From Harriotta raleighana (lineage: Eukaryota): 64,000 nt of DNA. The DNA lies in assembly GCA_050575255.1 (NCBI GenBank), contig JBNZDD010013652.1:2389080-2453079 (forward strand), in the 5' to 3' direction. The translations under genes and the position numbers were made by a program. A model generated the notes under the pieces. The model ran no database searches. It was not told where the DNA came from and was given only the letters and a program-made list of their open reading frames with translations. Below are positions 26,035-39,764 of the stretch, piece by piece (positions within the stretch are counted from its first letter, which is position 1; every line of letters starts with the position of its first letter).

Positions 26035-26440
26035 GTGCTCATCAGTTGCACTCGCCTCTGAGGAAGAAAGTTGTAGGTTCAAGTTCTATGTCACGACTTG
26101 AACTTGTGGAATTTAAGACGATTCTGTAGTGTAGTGCGAGGGATATGCTGCATTTCGGATGAGACGTGAAACTGACTCTGCCTGTTCAAGTAGATGTTAG
26201 GATCCCATGGCACTATTCAAAAAGAGAAAGGAGATTTTCCTGGTATCCTGGGCAACAATCCCCTAAATAAGTTTGGACACTCACTTCATGGTTGTCTGTG
26301 GGACATCATTGTGAGCAATGGGGCTGCTGTGCTTACCTACAAATGGACACTCACTCCATTTCATAGTAAATCCTGTGGAGAACTTTGAAACATCCTTCTG
26401 ACGTGATCAGGCAATATACTGAAATCAAAGATTACATTTA
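26035..26440 (+). mobile_element. Deu-domain SINE
   Basis: gcctctgag...ggttcaagt and tttcggatgagacgtgaaac...gatcccatggcactattc. Confidence 0.8.
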
Positions 26441-27074
26441 GGACGTGTAAATATGCCAGAGATTGCATTCTTTTCATTAATCTGCTTTGTTTCATTGTGA
26501 CAAGATGAGCATGGCAAAATAGCTGCAGTGAGACTTTAACAAGAAAAATAACAAATTATTTATTTTTTTAGCATCATAAAACCAGTAGGAACATACATTG
26601 AAAACATCAAACGTTTTGGACATGCATATGAATAGTGGCCTCTTGTGGATCGCTGGATAAACGCAATGTGTGGTGCGGTTTCAGCCATATGGATCAGGAA
26701 ACTCCAATGTCTATGCTGAGTTAGCAGATCTAAGCAAAACAGGGTTTGATGCCACAGAGATATGTTTTAAAATCTGAAACATAATATCAAGCCTGCTGTT
26801 TGTGATTCCCGGAACATTGAAATGAAAGGGGCATTGGACGGATGACTGTTCAGATTTAGTGAAGCTAAGTTTGTGAAACAGGCAGGATAAATGAATGCAT
26901 TATGTTTAAATCATTTATTTAATTGTGCTGGGCCAGATGTGATCATTCATGTGGATGTTGTGGCATTGTGAGCAGTCCTATTTACAAATTGGTGAAATGT
27001 CTTACAAGACAACTAACCAAGAGCTGACACTCTGTAAAGAAAGTTCTACAAGTTTAGAACCTTAAAGGTGTCAA

Positions 27075-27495
27075 CTTAACTCAGTTAATAGCACTCTTGC
27101 TTTTGAATCAAAATGTTCAAGCCCAACATCAAACATCAAACATCAAGCTTAGAAAGTTTAGGCTTGCATTCCAGTGCAGTACAGAGGGAACACTTTGTTG
27201 TTGACGATGCCATTCTTTGGATAAGATAGTAAAATGAGGTCCGTATGCCTGTCCAGGTAGACGTTAAAGATACCCATGGCACCATTCAAAATGGGTAGAG
27301 AGTTTATCCCAGTATCCTGGCTAACAATTTCTCCAAATAAAATTAGTCATTCACTTTATAGCTATTTCTGTGCACACATTAACTTTTTTATTTGCCTATA
27401 AATATATAGCCTCTACACATTACTGTAAATTTTGTGAAGTCCATTGATGGCGTGATAAGATGTTATAACAAATGCAAAGCTTACTACAGTATTAT
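27075..27495 (+). mobile_element. Deu-domain SINE
   Basis: ctcagttaatagcactcttgc head and caggtagacgttaaagatacccatggcacc core. Confidence 0.75.
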
Positions 27496-28789
27496 TATAT
27501 AACACAATTTCCACAGCTGTCCACTTTGAAAGGCACAGTATATTTCGATACCTATTGGGTGAGCAGAAAAACCCATGACAAGAATAACGGAGACTCACTG
27601 CAATTACCTTGCAAAACAGCAAAAATGAGAAAGGAAGACAAACAAATCATGTTTAAAAACTCAGGTGGCAGTGTTATTGTTGGGGAAGCTTTAACACACT
27701 GGAGACTGGTACTGGATTTGGCTATTTCTGTTTATTTCCCTTTACTAGGTTTCTCAAGCAATCGGTTAAGGTATTCCTACACTGAAGTCTATGATAGACG
27801 TTCTTTGATTTCAGTCAATTAAAGCAAATCATTTTCATAATTTGAGCCATATTGTCAGCCTCAATTTACATTCAGATTCCAAATCCATTTGACTGTGGGT
27901 AGGGTTAATTGCATTGATTTTAAAAATCTTCACCTCGCGAGGGTATCTCAAACTGTTTCTATGGGATTTATTGTAGATGTTAGTGACTGAGTATTTATTA
28001 AGTGAACTCAACGGCCAATGTACCCACAGCAGTGTCCCACAAATAGACATGAATTGTACAATCTGGGGAATTCATTGCTAGGATACCAGGAGGAATTCCC
28101 TTCTATATGTAAACTTTGTGAACAGTGCTGTGGGATCTTCAGCGTCCACCTAAATAGGCAGACAAAACTTCAATTAACATTTAATCCAAAGGATTAACCC
28201 CAGCACCTCATTGTAGTTTTAGCCTAGATTGTGGTTGACACCTAGTTATATGACTGAAACAATGAATTGATTAACAGATAGCTAACAGAAAAAAAAATTC
28301 TAGGGAGACAAAGTGCCATTCAGCATTGTTTCTGTTTTGTGGGACTTTGAAAAGGTGAGAGTACAATCAATAAATTTAACCACTTCTCCCTTGAGTCCCT
28401 TCACTATCTTGGTTCTCTTCGATAATACCACAAGAACCTTGTTAAATTCATTTATCAGGACAACGAGCATTCAGAACAAAATGTTGGGCAAGTTTCCTTA
28501 CTTCACATATAGCAGTAAGTAAGAACCCAATTGTCAGATTGATTTTTTTTCCAGCTGTAATAATCCTTTAAAAATAATAATAATGTTGTTGTCAATCAAT
28601 CCATGACTGTTGTGGAATTCTGCTGGGGGCATTTGGCAGCTGTGTTTTGCCCATAGTCAATTCATTTGACAATATATTCTGTGAAGCTTTTGAGACATCT
28701 AGAAGACTTGATAAGGTGTCACATCAAATTGAAGTATTAGTATTATTATTTGTGTCAACTTAGAAGATTCACTGACTAATTCACTCCAC

Positions 28790-29140
28790 AAAAGCAAGTT
28801 GCATTCATACAGCGCCATTCAAGTGAGGTGTCGTCTCTGAGCGCTTAACAATGGCTGAGGAGGACAGGGAAGGTGACTGTAGGTGTGGGCAAAGAGAAAG
28901 CTCTTCAGGCACGACCCGAAGATAGTGAAGGAGGGGGCAGGATGAAGGGATTCAGGGAGGGAGTTCCAACATTTTGGGGTGTAGTGGCTAAAAGCATGGC
29001 CACTGATGGTAGGGCGGAGGATTCGGGGGACAAGGAGTCTGCAGAGCGAAGGCAGCAGGTACTGCTATGAGGATAGAAGAGGTTAGAGATAGTGGTGTGC
29101 CAAGAAATGGAGGGAATTAAACTCTTAANACTCTTAACTC
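28790..29140 (-). mobile_element. L2 3' fragment, diverged
   Basis: gttgcattcatacagcgcc tail and ttcagggagggagttccaa...ggctaaaagcatggccactgatggt. Confidence 0.7.
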
Positions 29141-30366
29141 TCATCTTACAATATTCAAGGGAGCAGGGTAAAGAGCATTTCTCCCAGCCTGTCCGGTCTT
29201 AGAAAACAAAAGATGAATATTTCCAAACTGTAGACATGCATTTCAGAGTCAGATCCATACTGCAATAGACCACGAATTATTATGCTGGCCCTTTTTCTTC
29301 AGAACTGTTAAGAATCAAAAAGTCACATACTCACCTTGAGATCTGCCAAAGAAGTAATCCTCCCCCTGGATTGTAGGGATCAGACTACTCTGCACTTATT
29401 ATATTTGCTGAGATCCCTGTTCCACACATAGAAACTGAGAGGGAGGGAGATGCCAGACATGGAGGAATTTATAGACTCAAATAAATGGATTACCCGAAAA
29501 TGCAATCTACCCCATCTCACCATCGGACCTCCAGAGATCACCCAAAACACAAAGTCACCACCCTTTACAGTATATGCTATGAATGCACTCGGAGATATCC
29601 TACTGATGTAAAATGTTATAGCAAATGTAAGGATGATTATTGTTATTGTAAGATGCTCCTTACACTACCTCATTCCCCTCAATGAAACTAGCTCACCAGG
29701 TAGACAAATGTAATCCTTGCATTCCAGATTCCATCCATCGCCAACTCTTATGAATAACCTGCACCAGGAATAAATTGATGGATATGAATGTTTGGATTGT
29801 ATTTCTTGATAAGACATGCTCAGGTGCTATTTCAAATATAAAGGTTGTTATTATTTCAACAACAAATACACAAAAATTGATCAGAGGAATATGTGCATAC
29901 CCTCTCATTGTATTCTGCTTCTAATTCAATTGAATCATCAAGCCATATATATACAGGTTGTCATTTCACTGCATTCTATGCTCTCTTCAACTGGACCTTT
30001 GAAATATCAAATGGACTGTTTCCCATCAGTTGCATTATAACATCCCCTCCACCCCCATCTCCTCATTCTACCCTATGTTCAACTTGATGGGAATTGAGAG
30101 CTGAGCTACTTTCAATCACAATTTATGACATTTAACCTTTGGGCTTCCAGAGTAAACAAAACATTTTAAAAAAATAAAAGGGGTCTATTTTCATTATTAA
30201 GGCTTCAAACATGAATTCTAAGCAGCATCATATGGGCAATGTTTAACCTGAATGTAAAATTGTCAACAAACACGCACAGAGGGACATTCCTAGCCCAAGC
30301 ATTACCATTCAGGCATGTTTCCAATCCACTTCAGGCTTGGAAGAAAACTATCTCATACCTGTAAAT

Positions 30367-30406
30367 GTCCTTGCATACACTTGCAAGGACAAGTGTATGC
30401 AAGGAC
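30367..30406. repeat. Perfect 17 bp inverted repeat with a 6 nt spacer
   Basis: GTCCTTGCATACACTTG-caagga-CAAGTGTATGCAAGGAC. Confidence 0.95.
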
Positions 30407-30811
30407 TGTACTGTACTGTACTGTTTTTTAACAACAGCTCTGCACATTGAATGAGGGTGTGAAAGTGTAACTTAAACCCAAAGCAGGAGCAGCAGCTGAC
30501 AAAATTGTTCGTTACCTAGAAATAACAATTGTAGACGAGAATAAAAGTGGGAAAAACTTTTAATTGAATGCTTTGGATGATGAGCACAGGACTCAATCAA
30601 CCTGTGATTGCTAACATTCCTAGGGGGTCTAATTTGCAATATTTCTTAATGGACTTCCTCCCGACATGAAAGGCGCTTTCCAAATGTAATTTTGTGGTTG
30701 TTGTTGATAGGTATTGCCGTGAGAATTTCCTTTGACCCCATCAATGTGGTTTCTTTATTAAAGAATCCCATTCAGAGATACCATAAATTAGCCACCTTTC
30801 CAGCTGTCAGC

Positions 30812-31215
30812 CTGCCTCAGTTGGTGGCACTGAGTCAGACGGTTGTAGGTTCAAACCCCACATGGAGATTTTGAGCTCACAGTCTGGCTGACACTGACAA
30901 TGCAGGGCTGGAGAAAGCGCCATCGTTCGGATGAGATTTTAAACCAAGATCCCGTTTGCTTGTTCAGGTGGATGTTAAAGATTTCAAAGCACTGTTTGAA
31001 AACAGAAAGGTGTTTCGCCCTGTGTTCCAGACCATCAATCCTCCAGATGAAATTGGTTATTCCTTATAGCTGTTTGTGGAACATTGCTGTGCACAAACAG
31101 CCTGCTGCTTTCGTCCAAACCACACAGTCACTACAGTTTATAGTAAAATCCTATGAAGTTCTTTGTGACATCCGGACAATGAGGTGCTACATCAAATGGA
31201 AGTATATATCAATAA
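30812..31215 (+). mobile_element. Deu-domain SINE (SacSINE1-like)
   Basis: tRNA-like head ctcagttggtggcac...ggttcaaaccc and Deu core gccatcgttcggatgagattttaaaccaag...caggtggatgttaaagat. Confidence 0.8.
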
Positions 31216-31789
31216 TCTTTTCGTGATATTTATCACAGTATAAACATACAAAGAAATGTTTGCTGATGTGAGTGATTGACATGCAGTTGTCACCCAGGCT
31301 CTTGCCTCCCCTCATGTCTTGCTGAATGTCACTATGAATGCCGTCTAGGTAAGGATACAAGCTGTTGATTTAGTGGTTAACCTTTGCGAAACTGGGACAA
31401 AAGATTGCTATCAACTTTCACCCATTCCATACCCACCAGGCTCCCCACTTCATTGTTCCTAAGATCTCAACTAGGCATTATCCCAGCCTCGCCTCCCCCT
31501 TTACCTGCTAGTTTGTTTTTCTTTAACACCTGAATGTAGGTGACAAGAGACTTGAGATGACAAAGTGCTGGAAGGTGCTGGAATGCATGTGAGAGTGCTA
31601 GGGAATGCAGCAAACAAAAGAAAAGACTTGATCGCCTCACATTCAGAGCTTAACCAGATACCTCTCCGATACCAACGCTCATTCCAAAACCTCTCTCTGT
31701 ATTTATTTGTTTTAGCTTGGTTTTTTTAAAAAACATTTTTTTTAAAAAGTTTTTAAAAAAGCTCACTTCCACTATTATTCCCACAACAG

Positions 31790-32071
31790 CGGCAAATTTT
31801 TCCCTGAGGGAATTGGGAATCTGTGAGCCTGCTACTCGCCGAGGGTTAGCGTTCTGTGCAGAGATGGGTCTCCCACACCGAGGCTACTCAGTGAACACAG
31901 GGTCGGACGCCGACACAGAGAATGAAGGAGTGATGTCCCCGGAGCATGCCATGAGGCTGTGGGGCAGGGGGGTCAAATCCGCTCGCAGCTCCTGCCTGTC
32001 AAGCCGTTCCAACTCAGCCCTCACGCTGACTGACACAGAGCACGAAAACAACAAGTCGGACAGTGAGAATG
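31790..32071 (+). CDS. TENM3: Teneurin-3, second coding exon (intracellular domain)
   Basis: Acceptor ccacaacAG at 31788-31789 and donor G|GTGAGT at 32072. 282 nt, phase 1 to phase 1. Reads (A)[93 protein letters not shown], in frame with exon 1 and characteristic of TENM3. Confidence 0.96.
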
Positions 32072-34366
32072 GTGAGTTCTGAAGCTTCTTTGGAATTCCA
32101 AGTGCATTAGCAATTTTCTCTCTCTCTATCTCTCTGTCTTTCTCCCAACCGTCACAGAAGGAAGTTCCTTTTTCCACCCCCTTCCCCAGTTGTCATGTCC
32201 TTGAGTACAGTAATTGCATTAAATCAATATGCAGCATCAGACACCAGCATTTTGCCAGGGACTTGTATCATATTTTACATATATCTTGAAGATGGAGCAT
32301 TGCTTAAATCATGATTAATTTGGCTGGCGAATTCTCTGATGTTCCAGCTGACAGTCTGGGCTAAAGAGGGAGCAAGGACTGCAAAGAGATTAATGAGAAT
32401 TTGATGGGTTCAGTGTTAAAAGAGAAATAAAAAGATTTATCACTGACCAAGCCACCTGTGTATTCTCAGCAGAGATGCCAAGCCAGTTGTGATCAAGTCA
32501 TCCCTGGGGCCGTCCTAAAATTGAAGTTGTCTTTGCACAATCTTCTTTGTGACCAGTTTGTGGCAGAAGATGTAGCGACCACACAGTTTTAGTTTATAAA
32601 CAGCAACGCAGCTGGAACTAAAGTGCAAGTGGGATCATATTTAAAAAGAAAAGTTAATGTAGGGCGGTAATTGAATTCCCATTCGCTTGCGATCTGAAAC
32701 AGTGAGGAAGTAAAGTGCTTTGTGGGATCGTGAAGTGCAACTTGTGAGGTTGTTTGCTTCACAGTGTATATTGATTCTAAGCAAATACTTGACACCAAAT
32801 AATTCCGAGTTTATTTGGGAAAGGTTAACCTTACTGTAAAATTATGCATATTTTAACTTAGAAGGCAATTGCGTGTATTAGAAGACAATTGTGCTGTGGT
32901 AGATTCCCTGTCAGAACTACGCATTCTAGTTCATTTTTCCTGCACTTTTTCCCACATGCCTTTTTCTAGCTTAGTTATTAATGTTTTCCTTGAAATTCCT
33001 TTAAAAATCCAGAAATTGACTTGGCTTCAGTCGTCTCTTTGTGTGACAATGTCTGCATCATAATAGTATCGCAATGACTAAATCTTCCAAATTTTGTATT
33101 TATAGTCGTTGAAGTTAATGTATAGAAATGATGCAATTCTTCACTATTTACCAGTCTTAATTCCACATGAAGGAGGGTGTAGGCATTAAAATAAGATTTC
33201 ACTGTGTTGGTGGCTTTCAGGATGGATGTATTTTGTGTTCACGCGTTGTTTCCTTAGAAAGTCTTTTTGATGTGTTCTGTGTGAGTCTGCTTTACTTGTG
33301 ATGGTATGGTTTCATAGTGGCTAACTAGAACAAAGCCATACATTTGTTTGTGACCCATTTGCCATAATAAATGAGATATCAATGACAGATGGACCGTGTA
33401 ACTGCCGAGGCATATTGACAGAGGATATGATGTATGATTGTATACCTTATATTCCTCTCTGTACTGATAAAATTGTTATATAACATTGATTTTTTTTCTG
33501 CAATTCACTTAATTTTAATTCTATAGGGAAGAGGAAGAATCAATATTGCAGATCATTTCAAATCCGGTTATATACAAATCAAATCTTTGGATATAAGAAA
33601 ACTCTTCCCACCTAGTGTAGTTGTTTGAAACATGCACGTTATGATTTAACCTACCTCTTTGTATATGAGGTAAATATTTTTTTCTTTTACCTTTGTCCAC
33701 TAGATTACATGGACTGCATTTGCAATGTTCATGTGTTTGTCACCTTGTTATACCTTTTTGCGGATGGGAGCAGGCTTTTGCACCCAATTGCAATCATTAC
33801 GAAAGTGGGGGCAACAGCTTTGCAGCAAAGAAAGGGGTCATACACTGAAGATCTCAAAAGTGACCAGGTCAATCCCTGATGTACTTCTTTCACACCCCAA
33901 ACTAGAAGTGGGAGCCACAAATGAATAGATTCATCAAGATTCACATTCCCCCTGAATGATTGTGCTGGTTGAGTAACCCTGCTGCAATGCCTTGAGGGTC
34001 AACATTGTTGTTTTAAGTTTAACGTGTTTGTTTTTATGCTGAGTGAGTCCTGGTGGGTTAATTCGATGAAGTGGCTGCTGAGTTACTGTCTGGAAGTCTT
34101 ATCACCATGTGGGGGAGCTGAATAAATTATACACAGTTCCAACGATAGAATCAATGGGACACCTTCAATTAATGATGGCACCTCTGCTGCTTTGTATTCC
34201 GCCCTCTCACGATATTATCATCGATTGTCAAATAAATCCTGAAAAACAATGGGAGAGTTCAAGTATTGACGGATGCCTAAAAGTTTGCTTTCGTACTTCA
34301 TATCTTTATGTGAACCATTTGATGCCAGTCATTCAGGGGTCAGTTCTGGGAAGACCCGCTGATTCT

Positions 34367-34760
34367 ACAACAACAACAACTCGCACTTGTATACTGCCCT
34401 TCACGCCTGGGAGTATCTCAGAGTGGCGGAGCCTGACTCGGAGCCGGAGTGGGGCCATTGGGGGGAGGTGGATGTAAGAAGGGCTGAAGAAGAAGGTTTT
34501 CAGGTGGGACTTGAAAAGTGGGAGAGAGAGTGCAAGGCAGAGGAATTGAGGGAGAGTGTTCCAGAGTTTGGTGGCACAGTGGCTGAAAGCGCAACCTCCG
34601 ATGGGGCAGAGGGTGTAAGAGAAAAGCAGGAGGCTGGCACAAATCGAGCAGAGACTATAAATGGTGGTTAGGGGAGTAAGGAGTTTAGAGAGCTCAGAAG
34701 GTGCCAGGGAGTGAGTGGATTTCAACAAGAGTGTGAGAATCTGGGAATCTCTATTGGAGA
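34367..34760 (-). mobile_element. L2 3' fragment
   Basis: IGGCAFSHCATKLWNTLPQ...FKSHLKTFFF and a (CAA)n tail. Confidence 0.85.
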
Positions 34761-36204
34761 TAAACATGCAATAAAGAGGTGCTGTTGTTAGTCACAGGAG
34801 AAGCAGTGTGTTGATGACTTGCTGCCTGCACCATTAACTAGTGCATGCAGCAAAAACTTGACCAACACCCAGCAAGAACCTTGAATTCATTTGAAACGGT
34901 GCATGAATAAAAATCAATTACCGTCAGGGTTGAGAGGAGAAAGATGAAGCTTTCAAATATTCCTCTTGTGTTTTTTGACATCATGTTAAATCCTTGAATG
35001 AGATGACTACCTTGTAAACTATTCCCAAGTATCTAATTGTCTGGATTACTACATCCAATATATCTCTAATGTATAGAGAGCAGTGGCTCAATCGGAGAGT
35101 GAAGACTGTTGGGTTCAAAGGTACAGCCAGTAGTGAAATTAACCTCTCTGCTAAAGCCAACGACCAAAGGTATAGCCGAGAAAAGCCAGCCTATTCTGTT
35201 TAGCCAATTTTAAATTGGGTATCAGTGAGCAGAGGAACCAAAGTCGCTTGACTTTTATATTTTAAAGTTTGTTTACTTTGTTTACAAGGCAAAAAGATGT
35301 ATAATTTTGCAATGGTTCAATAAGCATAGTTACCATGGCAGACAATATCGGCTGTTATGCTGATCTGGAGCAATGTCACTGTAATGGCAACATTAAAGTT
35401 CATAAGTAGTAGGCAAACATATCTTGCTTCTTATTTTGTTTGTCTTTGGTATGCTGATCGTAGCGGAATTAATAAAACAATTAATAAATCAAACTGGTCT
35501 TTGAGTCTCTAGTAGTTGTGTTGCCGCTGTATCTTTGTATCATTGCAATCTGTTCTTCTATTTTGCTTTTTTGGATGTTGCTAGAATTATTGGAGCCTTG
35601 AACGGTAGAGGTCAAGTGAATGGCTTGAGCCACAGAACGAGAGTAGTGAAAAATATACTCACTCTCACAAGCTTGGAGTGAACACCTCTTTCGCTATTGT
35701 CCTTTTTTTTAACATCAGGATAATCCATGCAAATCACTCACCTACCTGATATTTGTATAAAGAAGCTGGGACCATCCTTGGTTTTAGGTGAGCTGTTTCT
35801 GATTAAAACAATGCAGGTCTGTTCCCAAATTAGCAAGAGAACTGCAGCTGTGGTAAATACACTTCATTCTTTTGAAGAATTTAACTCTTCAAGGCACAAA
35901 ATATTACATTTTCTCATAACACCAGTTTAGAGTTATACCAAATAATCCGTAACATATGTCACACTTAGATATAAATTCTGCAATTCAACTCCATTTACTG
36001 AGGGTTATAGACATTTCAATACTGACTTACAAGGCTAAGAAACCTTCATCCAATCAAAACAAAAAATTTAGAATTAAGATTGTCATTCTACAGGTCCATT
36101 TAACACTAGCAAAAAACATAAGCATTTTGAACTGAACTAAAACATTATCTTAAGCGGTAATCTATTTCTGATCACAACAAGAGAAAGATTTGTATCTCCT
36201 TTGT

Positions 36205-36712
36205 TCCTCACTCACACCAAACTTCACNCTCCCATCACCCCAGTCCTTGCCAGACTTCACTGGCTCCCTATTCCAGAGAGGATTGATTTCAAGATCCTCA
36301 CCCTCATCTTCAAATCCCTCCACTCCTCTGCACCCCCTACCTCTCTCCTCAAACCAGCACCCATTGCCTTCGCTCCATCANAATCCCTCCACTCCTCTGC
36401 ACCCCCCTACCTCTCTCCTCAAACCAGCACCCATTGCCTTCGCTCCATCAGGTCTAGCTTCCTCCATTTCCCAAAACCCTCAGCGGCCGTGCCTTCAGCC
36501 ACTCTACCCCAAGGCTCTGGAATTCCCTTCCTCACTCCCTCCGCCTTGCCCCCTCTTTTTCCAATTTCAGGTCCCAGCTGAAGACCTTTCTCTTTGACCG
36601 CACCTTTGGTCACCTTTCTACCCCTGCCCCGGTCCCGGGATCCACTATTGTGAAGCACTGTGAGACACCGTCTGGCGTGGAGGGCGCTATATAAATCAAA
36701 GTTGTTGTTGTT
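36205..36712 (+). mobile_element. L2 3' fragment (contains an N-linked duplication)
   Basis: PITPVLARLHWLPIPERIDFKILTLIFKSLH and a (TTG)n tail. Confidence 0.88.
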
Positions 36713-36896
36713 GAAACATGCCCCCAATACAGTGCTTTTATTGTTTCTCCCACCCAGGCCTTTCCTACAAGTGCTATTTACAAGCGACATACTTCTAGAT
36801 TTAAACTACACAAGAGCCCCAACCTATCAATGCTATTATATTGAGTGTTTATCTCAAAGTACCACCATGTAAAGCAAGCTTGTTCTTTGATGGCAN

Positions 36897-37150
36897 CTGG
36901 CGATGTTCCGGAGGTGGTGGAAGGCAACGCCAGTTGTGGCGCGGATGTGGGGGAGAAAGGACAGCTCAGGGTCGAATAGAACACCGAGGTTCCTGACTGG
37001 CTTTGCGAGGTGGAGAGTGCAGCCTTGGATGCTGATGCTGTCAGCACCCGAGTTGCGGAGGCGCTGACGCGAGCCAATCAGGAGGGCCTCGGTTTTCCGG
37101 ACATTAAGCTGAAGAAAGTTATCTCTCGTCCAGGACTCGATGTCAGACAG
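36897..37150 (-). mobile_element. Young L2 ORF2 fragment, uninterrupted reading frame
   Basis: Minus strand reads LSDIESWTRDNFLQLNVRKTEALLIGSRQRLRNSGADSISIQGCTLHLAKPVRNLGVLFDPELSFLPHIRATTGVAFHHLRNIA with no stop; CpG-rich. Confidence 0.9.
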
Positions 37151-37949
37151 AACAAGAGCCCCAACTTATCAATGCTATTATGNAGCGACATACTTCTAGA
37201 TTTAAACTACACAAGAGCCCCAACCTATCAATGCTATTATATTGAGTGTTTATCTCAAAGTACCACCATGTAAAGCAAGCTTGTTCTTTGATGGCATGTT
37301 ACTTTAAATGTTTTATTTCCCCAAATGCATAACTATCATAATTCCCTCCCCAATCTTCCCCCCTCCCCCCCACCAAGATTATTGATGGTTCTAACAGATG
37401 CAACAAACCCCAATCTAACTGTTCCAGCACTAATGTGCTTGTCCCTAGGATGACAGAGTAAAATGGGCCCCTTACTGTTTTACAATGCAACTCTTCAGCA
37501 TTCTTTTCCCATGTTGGATTTCACAGACTTGTTACAACACAGATCTATCCATCAGCCAAAAAGCTTCTTTCTAAGCTTAATTGAGAAACATCAAGGATAG
37601 AGCTGGGGGGGAGCGGTGGGAGAAGGGGCCTATTCATGGCCACTGACTATAATTAAACGTTGTGTCAGCCTATAATTTAGTGATGAAATCAGAGGTGTTG
37701 AGGTGGTCAAAGTCAGTCTTCATAGAAAAATACATAGTTTACACAAGATAATTTATAATTTCTTGTGAGAGGCAATCTTCTTGCTCTACTGTATTTCAGT
37801 GTGAAGTGAAGGGAAGATTACAGGATGGGTTGTTGATGATATGTGCTTTGATACTCAGGAACCTTACAGTATATTCACCTGCTTTCTTCCTGTTTACTTA
37901 GATAGCTCAGATAGGAATGAAATGTCGTTGTGTTTCAATGGGATTATTA

Positions 37950-38570
37950 TCTTCTCGGAATGCATTACAGAAACATCAAGGATTTCACCCCAATGTTCCC
38001 AAGAAATGGAATTATTGTTAAATCCTTGAAGGTGAAAAGGCAGATGGATAAAATGGCCAAGAAAGCAAGTGGAATGCTAGGTTTTATAATTAAAGGTATA
38101 GAATATATAATCAAAGAGGTAATGCTAATTTATATAAATCACTAGTCAGACAGCAGTTAATATGGTGTCCAATATTAGCCACCTCCACTTCAGGAAAAAC
38201 ATCAAGGAGGTAGAGAGATGGAGTAGAGGTTTACTAGGATGATACCTAGGATAAGTGATTTGGCTTATAAATGATAACTGGAGAAACTGGATTTTTTTAT
38301 GCTGTAACAAGGAGAGTTGAGGGGTGACCTGATAAGAGGTCTTTATTATTATTAGGGTTTTTGCTAGAGTCAACAGGGAGAAATTATTTCCACTGGTTGG
38401 GGAGTTGGTAATTAGATAGCATTAATTTAAGATTAGTTTGTAAATGAGCAAATGGGGAGTTTGGGAGAAATATAAACACAAAGTAGTTAGGGTAGGGAAT
38501 ACCCCTTCGAAGGGAGTGATTCAGGCGGAATCCCGATTGACTTTCAGAAGGGAACTAAGGAAATACATTT
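37950..38570 (+). mobile_element. Old CR1 LINE 3' portion
   Basis: KKASGMLGFIIKGIEYIIKEVML...YKSLVR...RGFTRMIP...RGDLIRGL, a degraded CR1 ORF2 C-terminus. Confidence 0.85.
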
Positions 38571-39117
38571 CATGATTGAAACAATTCCTGTTCCCTTCCG
38601 ATCTGCCCCACAATCTGCTATCTGGAACACCTACCTCTCTCCCTGCTCCCCCTGCCTTCCCCCTGCACCGTTAATGCCTTCAGACCTGTCTTTTGAACCA
38701 CATGCATCCATCTCTCCTCAAGTTCAGTGTCCTACTCAGCAATGTAAAGAGCTTTAAGGTATCCTTCCACTGTGAGAGGCACTATATAAATGTAAGTGGT
38801 AGTTGTTGTAAACTGAATGGTTATTGTTGTCAGGTGTCTCAAAAGACACACGAAGATGCCAGTTTTGTTATTCCTGGAGAAGAACTGAAGCTCGATGTAA
38901 ACCAAGGAAAGTGATGACTTTGCTCTTTGGATTTTGAATATGTTTTTCCTGTCCTTGATGATTGCTGTGGCACCTGTAAAATCTATTAATTAGTAATTTT
39001 TAAAAGAGACAAATATGCTGACTTGGACATGTTCTCTTTCCTTCACTGTCAATGGCAAAGTTTTTTTTAGAAAAAGCACATTGATGCAGTCGTGCATTGC
39101 ATCTCCTGTCCATATTT

Positions 39118-39378
39118 TAATAATAATAATCCTTGCATTTGATTTTGTGCTTTCCTCATCTTCTAGACATCTCAACGCGCTTCACAGAATATACTGTAAA
39201 GTGAAATGGCTGTATATATGTGGGCGAAATGCAGCAACCAATTGCGCACAGCGATGTCCCATAAACTATTCTTGCTTTTTTTAGGGATTATTATAAGGCA
39301 TGTGGTGTAAGGAAATTTGCCAAGTTTTCGCCCTGCAAGGAATTGAACCCAGATCTCTTGCTCTAACCACTGAGCTAC
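39118..39378 (-). mobile_element. tRNA-derived SINE, same family
   Basis: Reverse complement has tagctcagtggttagagc and gttcaattcc, with a (TAA)n tail at the left end. Confidence 0.88.
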
Positions 39379-39764
39379 AGGACTTCCCAATTTTAGAGCA
39401 AAACTGACAGATTTGAAATCCACTGCCATGCAGACAGAGAGTTCCACATATAACTACAACAACTTGCATTTATATAGCCCACTTTATGCCAGACGGGTCT
39501 CAGAACTTATATAAATCACCTGCAGGTGGAAATTTCTCTGTGTCTGAAATGCTCATCTCTCCCCAGAAGGATGCACCCTGCTTATATAATTCCAGACACT
39601 ATTAATCCAAGTTGGTGAAAGCCAAGGCTTGCTGATCCCTGTGCTAATGCTGGAGTTTAATGAGCTAAAACCACATTACCTGTAATGAGATGGGCATGAA
39701 TAAATTTTTTCAACAAAAAATATTATTTTATTCCTTTAAAAATTTATATTATTTTGGAGTCTTG

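Noticed and set aside
31717-31789. N-terminal extension of the exon 2 ORF ([11 protein letters not shown]...)
   Set aside because: Intronic low-complexity sequence upstream of the acceptor; no teneurin similarity.
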